Virus record (IMG/VR): IMGVR_UViG_3300017903_002177
Location: 1 to 35,482 of that record
Direction: 5' to 3' (one strand)
DNA from: a virus
Lineage: Duplodnaviria > Caudoviricetes
Length of the DNA: 35,482 nucleotides
Each line of letters begins with the position of its first letter. The stretch's first letter is position 1. The translations under genes and the position numbers were made by a program. The notes beneath the pieces are model-generated. The model was not told the DNA's origin, made no database searches, and saw only the letters and a list, made by a program, of their open reading frames with translations. Shown here in pieces: positions 19,143 to 27,351 of the stretch.

Positions 19143-19880
19143 TTAGATTAAACCTTGAAAGTACTGGTACATGTCATTGGTTTGTTGAGACAATGAAGGT
19201 GATGAATTAATGTATGAACCAAGAAAGCTCTCTGCTCCAAGCGGATTTAGCGCTTGCGAAACTAATTGCATCTTTAAATTATCTTTTAAAGATTCTTTGG
19301 TGCTCTTCTTCTTTTTTGTTCTACCTTGTCTACTGTCTAATAATCCTTGGGCATAAGCTTGATAAATATCTCTTTCACGCTCAATCTCTGAGTACGGCTG
19401 CGACAATGGCGCATTGGGATTCATTATTGACTCAGTCTTTTTCGAAGGATCAAGATGTAGAACTTGGATGTCATAAGGACGCCCCTGTTCATCTGTAACA
19501 GATACTGTGCCCATTCCATCTCCGGGCATAAAAGATCCTGCTCCCTTGTAAGCAATCTGTGTGCCGATAGGAATACCGCCTACATCAATACCAGAGTGAA
19601 ATGTAGAAGCTCCTTTGGTAGGTGCCACTCTAGTACCATATTCCGATGTGATTGGATAATTCCAACTCCATTGTCCTTTTTCATTCTTCTGCACTAATGG
19701 TGTTTGTCCTTCACCAACTACAACGTTCTGTAAGATAGACCTTGCAAATCTTGGGTTAATCTTTTCGCCCTTATTCTCGCCAAACTGCGGAATTACTCTG
19801 AAGTCAAGGTGTGGCCCAGTCGAAGCAAAACGATCCTTCTTAGGATCAATAACACCTCCTATAGGTACAAACTGTGCCAC
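19143..19880 (-). CDS. M23 (LytM)-family peptidase, circularly permuted
   Basis: STGPHLDF at the N-terminus, then ITSEYGTR...FHSGIDVG, then VLHL. Confidence 0.75.
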   Translation of the reverse strand: MAQFVPIGGVIDPKKDRFASTGPHLDFRVIPQFGENKGEKINPRFARSILQNVVVGEGQTPLVQKNEKGQWSWNYPITSEYGTRVAPTKGASTFHSGIDVGGIPIGTQIAYKGAGSFMPGDGMGTVSVTDEQGRPYDIQVLHLDPSKKTESIMNPNAPLSQPYSEIERERDIYQAYAQGLLDSRQGRTKKKKSTKESLKDNLKMQLVSQALNPLGAESFLGSYINSSPSLSQQTNDMYQYFQGLI

Positions 19881-19904
19881 AACATCTACCTTTTTATTAA
19901 TTAT

Positions 19905-19932
19905 AAAATAAATAAGCCCTCTTAAAGAGGGC
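19905..19932 (-). terminator. Rho-independent terminator after the HhH gene
   Basis: Minus strand reads GCCCTCT-TTA-AGAGGGC followed by TTATTTATTTT. Confidence 0.75.
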
Positions 19933-19937
19933 CTGTA

Positions 19938-20348
19938 TCAGATGCGAATTAAATCAGCAGCCATCACCGCTTCCCAATCAACTGTCTTAACAGTCTTCAA
20001 TTGATCAAGGTTAGAGAATCTTTCACCCGAAAGAGACATCTGAAGTTCCTTGATCTTCTTGGCTGTTTTAATGCCAACGCCTTTGATATGATCAGCGATC
20101 ATTTGAGCAGAAGCGTTATTGATGTTCAGTCTTGTGTCAGGTGGGAAGTCCCTAGGCGTTTCCTTGTTGGCACGATCTTTAACTTGTAAAGACTTTACCT
20201 TCTTGGTAGCTGTCGAATCCTCTTCAATTTCTTCACGCCAAACAGTAAAAAGGCGACCTTCGGAGTCTTGTACCATCCTCCAATCGCCATTGTCCCACTC
20301 CGTAATTACTTTAAGAGTGGCCCCCGTTTTTTTGTGACGGTATAACAT
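19938..20348 (-). CDS. Helix-hairpin-helix (ComEA-like) DNA-binding protein with small N-terminal domain
   Basis: RLNINNASAQMIADHIKGVGIKTAKKI...FSNLDQLKTV. Confidence 0.85.
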   Translation of the reverse strand: MLYRHKKTGATLKVITEWDNGDWRMVQDSEGRLFTVWREEIEEDSTATKKVKSLQVKDRANKETPRDFPPDTRLNINNASAQMIADHIKGVGIKTAKKIKELQMSLSGERFSNLDQLKTVKTVDWEAVMAADLIRI

Positions 20349-20376
20349 AAGACCAGTAAAATTTTACTGGTCTTAT
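20347..20376. repeat. Perfect 30-bp palindrome overlapping the HhH start codon
   Basis: ATAAGACCAGTAAAA|TTTTACTGGTCTTAT. Confidence 0.95.
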
Positions 20377-20386
20377 TTTAACCTAT

Positions 20387-21199
20387 TCAGCTGCCGCTGC
20401 TAACAATTTTGTTAGGCAGATAAGCTTCAATGTCATTGTAATCAGCCGCAACATCAGGTTGGATGTAGCAAAGCTCAACAACAATGTAGCCGAAGGTTCC
20501 GGCGGTTGCGTCTCCGGAGGAGATGTAGAAACCACCAGAGGTAGCGGTAGCGTTACCAGAAGCCTTTGCGTAGACCTTGAAGGTCGTGGCGGCGGTGTTC
20601 TCGCGGTAAACCTTACCTGCAGTAACACCAGCAGCGCCGGTAGCAGTCAGGAAAGGAGTAGCGCTAGTGGCAGAATCACCAGCGGCAAAGAAGATCTCAC
20701 CAGCCTGACCACCGGAAGTGGTAGAGGAAAGGTTGGCCTGGATCAGAGCTTCGCCAACGCCAGATTCAGCGACAGGAGAACCACTGTTATCGCGACCGAA
20801 GGAAATGATGTTTCCGGTAGCTGCGTACACACCAGAGGCAACGCGGTTGTCACCCCAGCCAGAGGCGATGGCAACAGTGGCGCGATAGCCGTATGCAGGC
20901 AGGTCAGAAGAACCGGAGATCACCATTCCGGTGATGTCGGTACGGGTGTCGTCATTCCGGTAGGGGGAAGGAACGATCACGTCAGCAGAGGCAACTGCGC
21001 CATCACCGGAAGTTGCGGTGACTTTCACATAACCACGCTGTTGGAAATAGCGATAACCAGGGACGGCCAGCACAGAAGTGGGGCCTGCTTTGGAAGAATT
21101 GTTGGTACCGTCTTGATTAGAATCAATATTCTTGTACCAACCGTTCAAAGCCTCCGACCAGTTACCTGGGTAGATTTTTTTAGCGGACAAGTAGGTCAT
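20387..21199 (-). CDS. Abundant structural protein (capsid decoration/minor capsid or tail)
   Basis: 270 aa directly after the MCP, with the same C/T-ending high-expression codon bias; A/S/G/T-rich. Confidence 0.75.
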   Translation of the reverse strand: MTYLSAKKIYPGNWSEALNGWYKNIDSNQDGTNNSSKAGPTSVLAVPGYRYFQQRGYVKVTATSGDGAVASADVIVPSPYRNDDTRTDITGMVISGSSDLPAYGYRATVAIASGWGDNRVASGVYAATGNIISFGRDNSGSPVAESGVGEALIQANLSSTTSGGQAGEIFFAAGDSATSATPFLTATGAAGVTAGKVYRENTAATTFKVYAKASGNATATSGGFYISSGDATAGTFGYIVVELCYIQPDVAADYNDIEAYLPNKIVSSGS

Positions 21200-21239
21200 T
21201 TATCTATCCTGTTGAGGTTTTCGTTTTACTTAATTAGGC

Positions 21240-23226
21240 TCAAATAGTGCCGTCGTCCTGAACAAAGCTGAATGCAGTGGTGATGAAGTCCTTGTTAAGG
21301 ATTTCGAAACCAGCATAAAGTTGCCAGATAAGAATGATGAAACGGCTGAAATCATCATTATTATTGATGAGGACTTGAGCGTTGGGGCCGCCGATACCAA
21401 CACCAATGGACTGAGGACCGAAGAAGTAACCCTGAGCAACTTCCTTGGAGGCATAGGTGCTGCCGCCATCGAAAGAGGTGGTGACGTTCTTGGTGGGGAA
21501 GTTCGTTGACTCGTAGAACTTAACACCCTCGAACTGCACGCCGGTAGGCATCACGGGCTCACCAGCCAGGAAGTAGGCTTGGCCAGCCTGAGGCCCCATG
21601 TAGAAGCTGGAGTTGTTAGGCATCATGGGGTTGCCCATGTACATGCCTTGTCCAGGATTACCGGAGTAACGTGCGATCTCGCGGAAGTCCTCGTCACGAC
21701 GCAGGTGCATCATGAAAGTAGGATCGCAAATACAACGATACAGACCATCGGCGAAGGTCGGAACGTTGCGCTTACGCATCTGCTTGACCACAGTCAGCAG
21801 GTCGGTACGCACGGAGAACTGCTGAACTTGAGCACCGTACTCAGCAGTGGTGTAGGAGATGCGGCCAGTGGAATCCTTCTCTTTGCTACCTGCAAAGTAG
21901 TAACCACCGATGTCATCAGAAGCTGCGCCATTGGCTTCAGCTTTGGCCATTTCGTCAATGAAGACGCGGTCACGCCAACGACGATAATCGTCCAGCAGAG
22001 TCAGAGAACCGATGCTCTGGTGGAACATGTTCAGGTTGCCGGTGTCTAACAGCAGGCGCTGTGCAGTCACCAGGGTTTCCCGGGCAATTTTAAAGGTAGA
22101 AGGCTGGGTAGGATCGCCAGGATCTGCAGGACCAGTGTACTCCTTCAGCACAACAAGCACCTTCTCCTTGGTGATGTTGCGGCTGTTAGCGGTACCAATG
22201 GTCTGATCGGAGACGCGCTCACGGCTCTCCTTGGTTCCAGGGGTTCCCCAGAACTTATAGCGGTCTAACTGAACGGTTTGACCGGGCTGGCGAGTGAAGT
22301 CATGAACGACCACAGGCTCAGCGGCCATCTCGCAGATATAAGCGGGGTGAGGGCGATAAAGCTCTGCACCTAGCAGTTTTGGAAAATCGTTCTCCTGGTC
22401 TCCAATTTCTTAGAGGGGTGGACCATCTCTTCATCCCAGTAGGATGCCGGACGCTGTATCTGGTATTACGTTACAAGATCGTGTAACCCCCAGTGGCCTC
22501 TGCACGTTCCAATCACGGGCTTGATTGGCTTCGCTCAGGATTACCCTCGGCTTTACGTTAGGGCTTCCCTGAATTCATCCAGTTTTCACTTAACGATTGC
22601 TCGCTAAGGTGACAACGCTTGAGAAGTTCAGGTGAGGTAAAATTTGGAAACTTGTTCATAAACAAAATGAATCCAAAATTAGTTTCGGGATTTGGTAACC
22701 TCTACTTGACTGAAACTGGTAAAGCTTTTGAAAAACACTTGGACAAAGATGACCAAGAATATTTTCAAGAACTACCCGTGCAATCCACTAGCAAATATGA
22801 TCGAATCTCAGTTCTTGTTGACGGTAAAAGAAAAAGATTTAATTTACACGTCTTAATGGCTGTTGCTTTCTTGGATTTAGATTTGCGATCCCATGGGACA
22901 CACAATTTTTCTTTACAAGTTAATCACATAGATAACAATAAAAGAAATAACAATCTAAATAACTTAGAGATTGTTACTAAACAAGAAAACCTAACAAGGA
23001 CTTGGATCGAAAATGATCAAACTCACAAAGGTTTTGCAAGTAAAGGGAAGGCGAAAAAATCACTTAGGAAGTTTTCAACCGAAGATGTGATTCAGATTAA
23101 AGCTTTAAAAGAAGCTGGTCTCTCTTATAGAAAGATTGCTGAAAAGTTTAACTGCAATCACGGAGCTATTTACCAAATGCTGAAAGGTAATACCTACCAG
23201 GATCTGAACTAGCTATCAATGAACAC
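21240..23226 (-). CDS. Major capsid protein, spliced: join(23226..23215, 22391..21240), 387 aa
   Basis: GGAGG RBS (23237-23241) then GTG TTC ATT GAT | intron | AAC GAT TTT CCA... gives MFIDNDFPKLLGAELYRPHPAYICEMAAEP, in frame with the 362-aa ORF. Portal-scaffold-MCP order; HDFTRQPGQTVQL E-loop-like motif; strong codon bias. Confidence 0.88.
22638..22643 (+). promoter_or_regulatory. Putative -10 box driving the antisense homing endonuclease
   Basis: TAAAAT 23 nt before ATG 22667, the same box and spacing as seen before many other genes here. Confidence 0.55.
22667..23212 (+). CDS. Intron-encoded HNH homing endonuclease (I-HmuI-like HNH plus C-terminal HTH), antisense to the intron
   Basis: LHVLMAVAF...VNHIDNNKRNNNLNNLEIVTKQEN HNH core and GLSYRKIAEKFNCNHGAIYQMLKG HTH. 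AT-rich; lies wholly inside the intron P1 loop. Confidence 0.92.
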   Translation: MNPKLVSGFGNLYLTETGKAFEKHLDKDDQEYFQELPVQSTSKYDRISVLVDGKRKRFNLHVLMAVAFLDLDLRSHGTHNFSLQVNHIDNNKRNNNLNNLEIVTKQENLTRTWIENDQTHKGFASKGKAKKSLRKFSTEDVIQIKALKEAGLSYRKIAEKFNCNHGAIYQMLKGNTYQDLN

Positions 23227-23313
23227 TTTGGTTTATCCTCCAGTGTCAAGGTGAATCGGGTGAAAGATAAAGCCAAACGGCTTATCTATGAAAATACTAG
23301 CATCTAGTAATTT

Positions 23314-23351
23314 TATATACCAGGAGGGGGAATAATCCCCCTCGGTATATA
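23314..23351. terminator. Strong hairpin between scaffold and MCP (possible bidirectional terminator)
   Basis: TATATACC..GAGGGGGA-ATAA-TCCCCCTC-GGTATATA. It lies directly after the scaffold stop and ~100 nt after the HNH stop; no clean U-tract. Confidence 0.5.
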
Positions 23352-24377
23352 TCATTCCATCACAAAGAGCTTATTAGCCATTGTGCCTGGATTTGCCTGG
23401 TTAAGAATACGCCAAGCATTTTGCGGATCGTTGATCATCTGCTGATCGAAAACATTCCAAAACTCCCGAGTATTTTGGGGGCTGGACTGCATGGGAGGAG
23501 CAGGCATAGCTGCGCCACCAATTGAAGTAGGTGCAGTCGGATACCCGGAAGTTTCAAGCTGTTGCTCGGACTCATAAACAGGGTATGGACCTTCGGGTCC
23601 GAAGAACTGCAGAGTGTAATCAGACAGAACATCGGGATTAGTTAAAATCTCGTTGTATGCCTTGTTTTCGACGTGCTCGTTTACAGCGAATTTCGCATAC
23701 TCAGTAAGCGTACTATGCGCCCAAAGGGCATAATCTACATACTGTGCGAGGCAAATACGCTCATCCTTGGCCCACTCAACAGCGTCATCAAGAAGAGCTT
23801 CGAGGTTTACGGCGTAGTTGTTTAGAATCCCTGGTGCCTCTGGACCGAACGCGTCCAGAACTGTCCTCGTTTCTTGGCTCAGGTTGTAATGGTCTGCGAC
23901 CATCCTGTCCACTTCCTGCGCGGAGGTTGTCGAGGAGATTGGGGAATAGTTGGGCGAGGATACCTGGTTGGGAGACCAGGTCAGGCGATCCGAGCGTGAA
24001 ATACCCGGGCTGATTGCCTCCGCTTGTGCCCAGTTTCCCGGGATAGCTTGAGGTAACGTCGGGGCCGGAGCTGACGGTGCTACCTGGAACGGGGAGGGGG
24101 CTGGCTGACTCAGTAGTCCCACCACTTTGTTGAACGCCGACTCCCATGGGCTGGACGGGGGAACCGCCGCCGGTTGGGATTGGGGGGCGTATTGAGACGG
24201 GCTTGATTGGTAACTGGTAGGTGCCGCCTGTACTTGTTGGGGGTAATTCATACCCACCGGAATTTGAGCCTGAGGCTGCGCCACCGGAGCCGGTGCTGCC
24301 GCCACGTAGCTGCTGGGGGCGACGGCCACTGGTGTTGGGCTCGTCGGTTGGATCGATTGGACGGTAGCGTCCTGCAT
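23352..24377 (-). CDS. Putative capsid scaffolding protein
   Basis: 341 aa between portal and MCP; AGGAG RBS; P/Q/A/S-rich N-terminus and helical acidic core. Confidence 0.75.
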   Translation of the reverse strand: MQDATVQSIQPTSPTPVAVAPSSYVAAAPAPVAQPQAQIPVGMNYPQQVQAAPTSYQSSPSQYAPQSQPAAVPPSSPWESAFNKVVGLLSQPAPSPFQVAPSAPAPTLPQAIPGNWAQAEAISPGISRSDRLTWSPNQVSSPNYSPISSTTSAQEVDRMVADHYNLSQETRTVLDAFGPEAPGILNNYAVNLEALLDDAVEWAKDERICLAQYVDYALWAHSTLTEYAKFAVNEHVENKAYNEILTNPDVLSDYTLQFFGPEGPYPVYESEQQLETSGYPTAPTSIGGAAMPAPPMQSSPQNTREFWNVFDQQMINDPQNAWRILNQANPGTMANKLFVME

Positions 24378-26139
24378 AACTCATCTCCTGTTGTAATGCT
24401 TCGAGAGTTCGATACAGATAAGGTGTTAAATCCAAACGTGGATCTGCAGCCATAGGTAAATCTGGTGACTGCGGGTGGGGGGTCTGCATCATTCCTCCCA
24501 CCAGGCGACTGAATGCTTGGAAAGCTCCTTGCAATTCATTCACCATCCTGAATGGGAACCCCGATAACATCGCGGCTCGTTCCTCATCCGTTTTTTGTGG
24601 GAAAAGAAACTTCAGTGCTTCTATACTATCAACACCCAATTCTTGCAGGTTTCTAACAACAATTGAATTGTTAATTAAGTCCTGCGAGGTGTCTTCATAT
24701 ACGGGTCCAAGCCAACGCCATTGAACAGTTAAGTCCCCGTCGGGAATTAAACCAATGACAGATGGGGGAAGTACTTCAGTCTTTAAAGCAGCCATCATGA
24801 TCTGCTTTACTTGCTGATCATAATAAGCCATGGCCTCTTCATACATTTCTTCTTGCTGTGGTGTAGCGTCCTCAGTCAAATCGACTGGTTTTTCTAAACC
24901 AACTGCAGCAGCTAAGCTATCTCTGAAGAGCCTCTCTTCCTGATAAATGATTAACTCCATGCAACGTGCAATGCCGTGCGTATAAATAGCGCGACACTTT
25001 TTCTTTGCCGTTGCTGCAACGCGACCGTAAATAGATTTAAGTTCAGTCGCAGTTACACTTGCCGAAATACTGATTTCATCCTGACCACCTAATGCAGTAC
25101 GAATTTCTTCACGTAAAGTTCGGCTGAAAGATACCTGATCACCTGTAACAGCGTCGGGTACGATATAACCAACACGGTCGTTTGGTTCTAGGTTTGCGAT
25201 AACACGGGGAACACGAAGTTGTCCATCCATGCCTCGCGAGATAGGATCTGCTTTAAACATTGATTTGCTTAAAGCATTGTTTCCCATGAATCCAGAATTA
25301 GCAGCAATCGAAGGTCGTTGGACCACCGAGTCTGTACCTGTCTCCATAAGATCGGTCTTTGGTCGAGAAGATAACAAGGTTGGATTGCCAAAGAACTGAA
25401 TGTTCTTCCGCATGTTTTTAACCATGTCATCGTGTAGACAAATCTGATCCGCTAAGGAATCAAATTCACCAACACCTTCTGTCGCAAAACCTTTGGGGTT
25501 GTTGAAGATTTCAACACAAGGAATGAAACCTAAGGTGTTCTTAAGTTTCTTCGTCTTTCCAGGTGCCACTTGATCGGGCATCTCGAAAGACATGTGCCCA
25601 TCTGAGTGCGTCTCTGTAATAATGCGTTTTTTAATTGAAAGTTTGATGTATTTTTTATTGCCTCCACCATTACCCATGCCATGCATATGACCTGTCATGG
25701 AAGAGTCATCAATAACAGTAGGCTGCATAAAGCCATTGCCTTGACGCACTTTATAGCTATAGATGATTACGACTTCATCTAATTCGCCATCGACGTTGTA
25801 ATACGTCCTGTATTCATGTTTTCTGAAAAAATAAAGCCGATAGTTGTTGTTAGTAGGTCGAATGTAAAATAAACCTTGACCGTCACAAAGAAAATAATCC
25901 CAAATAGAGTCTAAACGTGTATCTAATTGATTGTATTTAGCGACACGATCTAAAAAGTCTTTACGTTGATTGCCAAAATTATCTTGACCGGGGAAGAATT
26001 CTACCCCTTGGCGAATGCCAAATAATCGCATCTGTGCTAAATGTCCAGCAACGATCCCGGTGTCGATTCCAGCGCCACCATCCTTATCTAAATACGAATT
26101 AACAATGTCTTTTAAACGCGCTTTGGAATCTACCGCCAT
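23788..26139 (-). CDS. Portal protein with long overprinted C-terminal extension
   Basis: 783 aa between terminase and scaffold; KNTLGFIPCVEIFN.P....G.GEFD motif is typical of SPP1-like portals. Confidence 0.8.
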   Translation of the reverse strand: MAVDSKARLKDIVNSYLDKDGGAGIDTGIVAGHLAQMRLFGIRQGVEFFPGQDNFGNQRKDFLDRVAKYNQLDTRLDSIWDYFLCDGQGLFYIRPTNNNYRLYFFRKHEYRTYYNVDGELDEVVIIYSYKVRQGNGFMQPTVIDDSSMTGHMHGMGNGGGNKKYIKLSIKKRIITETHSDGHMSFEMPDQVAPGKTKKLKNTLGFIPCVEIFNNPKGFATEGVGEFDSLADQICLHDDMVKNMRKNIQFFGNPTLLSSRPKTDLMETGTDSVVQRPSIAANSGFMGNNALSKSMFKADPISRGMDGQLRVPRVIANLEPNDRVGYIVPDAVTGDQVSFSRTLREEIRTALGGQDEISISASVTATELKSIYGRVAATAKKKCRAIYTHGIARCMELIIYQEERLFRDSLAAAVGLEKPVDLTEDATPQQEEMYEEAMAYYDQQVKQIMMAALKTEVLPPSVIGLIPDGDLTVQWRWLGPVYEDTSQDLINNSIVVRNLQELGVDSIEALKFLFPQKTDEERAAMLSGFPFRMVNELQGAFQAFSRLVGGMMQTPHPQSPDLPMAADPRLDLTPYLYRTLEALQQEMSYAGRYRPIDPTDEPNTSGRRPQQLRGGSTGSGGAASGSNSGGYELPPTSTGGTYQLPIKPVSIRPPIPTGGGSPVQPMGVGVQQSGGTTESASPLPVPGSTVSSGPDVTSSYPGKLGTSGGNQPGYFTLGSPDLVSQPGILAQLFPNLLDNLRAGSGQDGRRPLQPEPRNEDSSGRVRSRGTRDSKQLRRKPRSSS

Positions 26140-26171
26140 TACTGGGTCATCTAGATCCTTTTATTTTATCA

Positions 26172-26378
26172 CTATTTTCCCTTGTATTTTTTAGCAGCAC
26201 GCGCAGCTTTACTTGCTTTCTTTGCTGTTTCTGTATTTGGTACAAACTGCTTTCCTTTTTTACTAGCTGCTTTCTTCTTTTCGTCAGTTTTCCTGCGTTC
26301 TTCTTCTGACATCTTTGCCCAGGCAGCTTTAGGAAGATATCTTTCTGTTCTTCCTTTTTCTATAGCTTTATCTGCCAT
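26172..26378 (-). CDS. Basic protein, C-terminal half of a DUF5872-type protein
   Basis: RYLPKAAWAKMS.EE...TDEKK...SKKGKQFVPNT. Confidence 0.75.
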   Translation of the reverse strand: MADKAIEKGRTERYLPKAAWAKMSEEERRKTDEKKKAASKKGKQFVPNTETAKKASKAARAAKKYKGK

Positions 26379-26380
26379 GA

Positions 26381-27061
26381 CTAATATCTAGGTACAGTGA
26401 AATTAATGTCTAAGGGTTTAGGTGGTACATCTCTCGCGTATAAATAAGCACGTACGAAGCTACTTGGATCCATGAATCCCATTGCTGTTGCACCTAATGC
26501 TTTTAAAGGTTTTCTCCCTGGCTTCATTAATTCAGGGTTTTCAAACTCATTAACAAAATCATATGTATCAGTAACTGTATATGAATCAGGATTTCCTGTT
26601 ACGTTATAACGTCCCAAGCTATAACGATAGGGAGCCGCTTCACGTTCTCTGTCTAAGGGACGGGCACCACCAAAAGGTCCTCCTAGCGTATCTACATAAG
26701 GAGCAAGCATTCCTGCAGCTCTATATGAATTAACATCTCTTATTTCTCCTGGTAAAATTTCTCCTGGTGTTGGATTTGCATTTTTTTTGTAAGCAGGTGT
26801 ACCGTCTTTATTTAAAAAAGTTGTTTCTGGACCTGGACTAATTGCTAGATCAACAGCTCCTTGCTTGAACTCAGGTGATAATTCCAAATCATCTACACCC
26901 ATGCCAGTCATATAACGATAGGCAAGGTTTACATTCGGATCTAACTTATTTAAAATTTCTGACTTGATAGGCACACCACCGCCAGGTAATAGTCCACCTA
27001 AAGCTTCATCAGCTTTTTTATAAAGGTTTTGGTATTTACCAGCAAGCTTAAATAAAGGCAT
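26381..27061 (-). CDS. Hypothetical protein
   Basis: 226 aa, TAATG-coupled; SLGRYNV......VTDTYDF motif. Confidence 0.7.
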   Translation of the reverse strand: MPLFKLAGKYQNLYKKADEALGGLLPGGGVPIKSEILNKLDPNVNLAYRYMTGMGVDDLELSPEFKQGAVDLAISPGPETTFLNKDGTPAYKKNANPTPGEILPGEIRDVNSYRAAGMLAPYVDTLGGPFGGARPLDREREAAPYRYSLGRYNVTGNPDSYTVTDTYDFVNEFENPELMKPGRKPLKALGATAMGFMDPSSFVRAYLYARDVPPKPLDINFTVPRY

Positions 27062-27351
27062 TAGCTTTTTTCCTTTGCTTTTTTTGCAGCAGCTGCCGCT
27101 TTTTTGGCCTTATTCTTATCATACTCTTCCTTAGTCTGCCAATCTTCTTTCCCCCACTTCTTCAGACTTTTTTGACTCTTACCTTCTCCTCCTTTGTAGC
27201 CTCCGCCTGCTTTTTTATATTCAGATGCAGTGAGCTGAGCTTTACGCGCAGACCACTGACCAGGCTTACCCCCTTTACTGCCAGCCATTACGCGCTTCTT
27301 GATCGACTCGCGCAAGGCTGGTTTTGTATATTTGGAGTCGTCTTGTGGCAT
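27061..27351 (-). CDS. DUF5872-like basic protein (N-terminal half)
   Basis: YTKPALRESIK..VMAGSKGGKPGQWSARKAQL...YKKAGGGYKG...QKSLKKW.KEDW. Confidence 0.85.
   Translation of the reverse strand: MPQDDSKYTKPALRESIKKRVMAGSKGGKPGQWSARKAQLTASEYKKAGGGYKGGEGKSQKSLKKWGKEDWQTKEEYDKNKAKKAAAAAKKAKEKS

Larger units (their letters stand above)
22392..23214 (-). ncRNA. Group I self-splicing intron (823 nt; P7.1-type insertion suggests subgroup IA)
   Basis: Minus strand: P AATTCAGGGAA, Q AATCCTGAGC, R GTGCAGAGGCCA, S AAGAGATGGTCC. P3 CTGGATG/CGTCCGG; P8 CATCC/GGATG; P2 with GCAA and P9 with GAAA tetraloops. The 5' exon ends in U paired with G of IGS GTTGTCA; terminal G; P10 AACG/CGTT. Confidence 0.93.

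Noticed and set aside
20459-22206. Long plus-strand ORFs (262 aa, 156 aa and others) antisense to the capsid genes
   Set aside because: Shadow ORFs expected from the strong codon bias of the minus-strand genes; no motifs or RBS.
21240-22328. MCP start at ATG 22328 as given by the ORF track
   Set aside because: No RBS; the frame stays open upstream to the intron 3' splice site and a strong RBS-GTG exon exists at 23226.
22619-22666. TTG start of the homing endonuclease
   Set aside because: Lies in the intron P1 pairing arm and upstream of the promoter-like box; ATG 22667 fits better.
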